64,000 bases of DNA. Source: Squalus acanthias. Taxonomy: Eukaryota. The stretch is from positions 140,866,001 through 140,930,000 of the forward strand of contig CM059432.1 of NCBI GenBank assembly GCA_030390025.1, read 5' to 3'. Under the pieces are notes generated by a model. It was not told the DNA's origin, did no database searches, and saw only the letters and a list, made by a program, of their open reading frames with translations. A program made the translations under genes and the position numbers. Shown here one piece after another: positions 60,744-64,000 of the stretch (the stretch's first letter is position 1; each line of letters starts with the position of its first letter).

Positions 60744-61089
60744 TGTGAGAAGTCGCACAACACCAGGTTATAGTCCAACAGCTTTATTTGAAATCACAAG
60801 CTTTCGGAGCGGCTGCTCCTTCGTCAGGTGAAGTGAAGAGATGCATATAGGCACAGCATATATAGACAGAGAACACTGCCAGATGATTACAGTTAATCTT
60901 TCTAACTGCCCTTTATCACACCTCGGCAGAGAGATAATCACGGCAATCAAAGGTGTGGATGGTGTCCAAACAGGTCAGTCAGGAAAAAGCTTGTGATTTC
61001 AAATAAAGCTGTTGGACTATAACCTGGTGTTGTGCGACTTCTCACATTTGTCCACCCCAGTCCAACACCGGCATCTCCACATCATGGCT
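60744..61089. mobile_element. Penelope pLTR-only insertion with inverted terminal repeat
   Basis: Perfect 64-bp inverted repeat 60741-60804 / 60986-61049; direct repeat ACAGAAATAAA at 60733-60743 and 61090-61100; homologous to 51091-51215. Confidence 0.88.
60794..60831 (-). ncRNA. Minimal type I hammerhead ribozyme motif
   Basis: UCAC-CUGACGA-A-GGAGC-AGCC-GCUCC-GAA-AGCU-U-GUGA. Confidence 0.78.
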
Positions 61090-61944
61090 ACAGAAATAAA
61101 AACCAGCTGAAAACATAGCCCTCAAAGATCTAGTTTCCAATTATAAAACTGCCAGGGGTTTGGACAAATCAAGACACAAGTATTGTTTCCTCTCCTAGCG
61201 TCTCATGTTATCTTAATCTGAACGTCTTCACGTTAACCGCAGGGAGCTTGCGTATCCCAGCGGAGAGGCGGAAATCTATCGCACCACACAGACAGGCTCT
61301 TGAAAGTGTCACAGTGAAATTAGTTTCCTCTTAATCTTTTCTGAAATTGGTAATTTCTTGGGGCGGGGGAGGTGGAGGGGTGGAGGGGAGAGGCGGGGGC
61401 CGGGAGGGGAGGGGATGACACATTGAGGATTGACACAGAGCTCCAGCAGAACCCAACCTAGAAAATAGTTGGCACTCTTGCACGAAAACTTTGGCAACTT
61501 TGTAACTTAATGTTCTTGAGGTTGTTTAGGCAATTAATAATGGGTGAGGCGTGTACTTACAGTTTCTGAGCAGACCTGTTTTACAGTGGTGTGGCATGAT
61601 CCTGTGTGCTGACTCAGACTTTGCGTGGAGGTATAGAGATTATCACTGCTGTCAGCTAACTGACTAACAGGTCTGTTTGTGTTTGAGTTACTGTCTACGA
61701 TGTTCCTGATTCCTTAAGATTCTGAAGTTCCAGGAAAACCGTGGATTTAGCATGTTTAACATAACTGTTGTCAGCCTTGCTTGTACAGGCCTGCCTGTAC
61801 TCTACTTTGGTATGACATTTTCGGGAGACTAGGTGGCTTGCTTTGTTTCCCCTCTGGCACTTTGCTCAGGATCCGTTTCTGGATCCAGCCCTGAATGATG
61901 GGAGCTGCAAGGATAAATTGGGGCCTCCTCTACCAAAAAAGATA

Positions 61945-62400
61945 GAAAGCACTTGTGTTTATAGAGCGCCTTTCACAATCTCAGGACGTCCCAAAGCACT
62001 TTACAACCAATGAAGTACTTTTGAAGTGTAGTCACTGTTGTAATGGGGGAAACGCGACAGCCAATTTGCGCACAGCAAGATCCCGCAAACAACATTGTGA
62101 TAATGACCAGATCATCTGTTTTGGTGATGTTGATTGAGGGATAAACATTGGCTAGGACACCGGGCAGAACTCCCCTGCACTTCTTCAAAATACTGCCGTG
62201 GGATCTTTTCATGTCCACCTGAGAGGGCAGACATGGCCTCAGTTTAACATCTCCCTCGAAAGGTGGCACCTCCAACATTGCAGCGCTCCCTCAGTACTGC
62301 ACTGGGAGTGTGAGCCTAGATTTTGTGCTCAAGTCTCTGGAGTGGGACTTGAACCCACAACCTTCTGACCAGAGGTGAGAGTGCTACCCACTGAGCCACA
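61945..62400 (-). mobile_element. DeuSINE, complete
   Basis: A-box TGGCTCAGTGG, B-box GGTTCAAGTCC, core and tail. Confidence 0.88.
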
Positions 62401-62465
62401 ACGAGATCCAAGTGAGCAGCAATGCAGAGCACAAAACCGTCCTTGATTTGGCAGTGATTGATAAT

Positions 62466-63227
62466 GGCCTAGAAATTCGATTCGGAGGCTTGCCGCGGGG
62501 GTAAGGATCGCGCGCGATATCACCTACCGCGTCTGCCGTCCTTGTTTGCCCCCGCAGGAACTTCGGGTCCTGGGCCTCTCCCTAGTGCCGGCGCGCAGTG
62601 CTTGCGTGTCCCAGGGGCGCAGTTAGTGCGATGCGACCCCTGGGATCACGTGGGCCATGGAGAGCCAATGGCAGCAGACCATCTTTCATTCATAGATTTG
62701 ACAGGAGACCTGTCAAATCTGTGAATTGAAATCGGCCCCAAAAGAACAGCTAAACCTCAAATAAATAAAAAAAAAACCATCACATTAATAAAATAACTAT
62801 AGTTAAATAAATTAACCACTTTAAACAAAAATTTAAATTTTTGAAAAAATTAAAATACTTTTTAAAAGTTATAAAAATAAACTTACCTTTCTTTAAAGTC
62901 TCTAAAAAAGATAAACCTGTTGAAAAATTTTTTAAATTATACTTAATTAACTACTTACCTTGTTCAAAAGGGGTCTTACGCCTCCTTTTTACTTGCGTAG
63001 AATCTTCCATACTTACCCTCGCGTTGAAACCTGAAAAAAACCTAAGTGTGCTGCGTGCGCGCAGCCTCTAGTGCGCACGCGGTTCACTTAGGAACCGCCC
63101 CCTTCGCCATACCGGAAGTGCCGGTTTCCCGCGCATGCGCAGTGCATGCAAGAAACCGGCACTTCGGGAATGAATACGGGTGAGTACGCACTGAGTACTC
63201 ACCCGAGAACGGTCGAATGTTTGGGCC
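62466..63227. mobile_element. Harbinger-like MITE (~760 bp), copy 2
   Basis: GGCCTAGAAATTCGA / TCGAATGTTTGGGCC; 3-bp TSD AAT; colinear with 38669-39434. Confidence 0.85.
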
Positions 63228-63802
63228 AATAACTTGCTAATTTCACTTAGTGATGTTGCAAGTGAATATATTTACACTGAGGCAGTAGATAGCGATCCTG
63301 TAGGGTTAGAGGTTCAGGTACACTGTTGAAGCAGAGCCAAGGCAATTTTACTCTACATTTGGTCTGTCCTGTACCTGGTGTTGCAAGATCGGAGCATGAA
63401 CTGAAACCTCAGAGCACATTGGGGTATATTTGCTTTATTATTTAAACAATGTATCAGGCAAGTTCTGTAGACATATGTCTGAACAAGTGGATCAAATGTG
63501 TGTGCAGTACTGTCTCACTAAACCAGCAAGTTTTTCAAGATGACTAATTATTCTCTCTCTGTCAAGTTGTTTTAAAAAAAATTAATTAGTTTATTGACTT
63601 CGTCACATTAATACACACAGTCCATTATATCTGTCTAGACACTGCATTTTTTAAATTCTTGCTATTATCCTGAAGACTGTCTGTACTATGTCAGGGAATG
63701 TAAAGTATTAATAGAAATTTAGCATCACCTCATTCGGTAAGATGCCTTTAAGATTGTTTAAAGGTAACATTAGGATTTGTTTATCTTTAAGTTTTTCCTG
63801 TA

Positions 63803-63978
63803 AATCTCTGCACTCCTCCAATTTTGGTCTCTTGAGCATCCCCGATTTCCTTTGCCCCACCGTCGGTGTCGGTGCCTTCAGCTGCCTAGTCCCTAAGCTC
63901 TGGAATTCCCTCCCTAAACCAATCTGCCTCTCTACCTCTCTCTCCTTCTTTAAGACGCTCCTTAAAACCTACCTCTGA
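63803..63978 (+). mobile_element. L2-type LINE 3' fragment
   Basis: SLHSSNFGLL...AFSCLVPKLWNSLP...FKTLLKTYL. Confidence 0.82.
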
Positions 63979-64000
63979 TCATCTTATGACCATCTCCAAC

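Noticed and set aside
62330..62400. tRNA gene (A and B boxes present)
   Set aside because: Head of a multi-copy SINE, continuing into the SINE core

Overview
Repeat-dense vertebrate genomic DNA, most likely a cartilaginous fish (inferred from abundant CR1 LINEs, DeuSINE/SacSINE1-like and LF-SINE-like repeats). The only host gene I can support is the 5' part of beta-1 syntrophin (SNTB1, + strand): coding exon 1 at 20884-21249 and a PDZ exon at 26479-26697. No further exon was recognised, so the rest of the window appears to be intron. The PDZ exon has an apparent 1-nt deletion (KEVSWR instead of KEVLLE) that changes its phase. Almost all long ORFs are transposon remnants: CR1 (one near full length), Zenon-like CR1, L2, RTE, Tx1/L1, Penelope (GIY-YIG), SINEs, PIF/Harbinger derivatives, hAT and Tigger-like MITEs, and a solo LTR, often nested with readable TSDs. 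Highlights: three minimal type I hammerhead ribozyme motifs tied to Penelope termini, with stem covariation; a Penelope insertion forming a perfect 64-bp inverted repeat; a Harbinger MITE keeping two convergent start codons; a hairpin-loop micro-inversion between two MITE copies; and an old ~97-bp palindrome split by later insertions. Family names come from my recall of consensus motifs, not database searches. Boundaries without a stated TSD or TIR are approximate.
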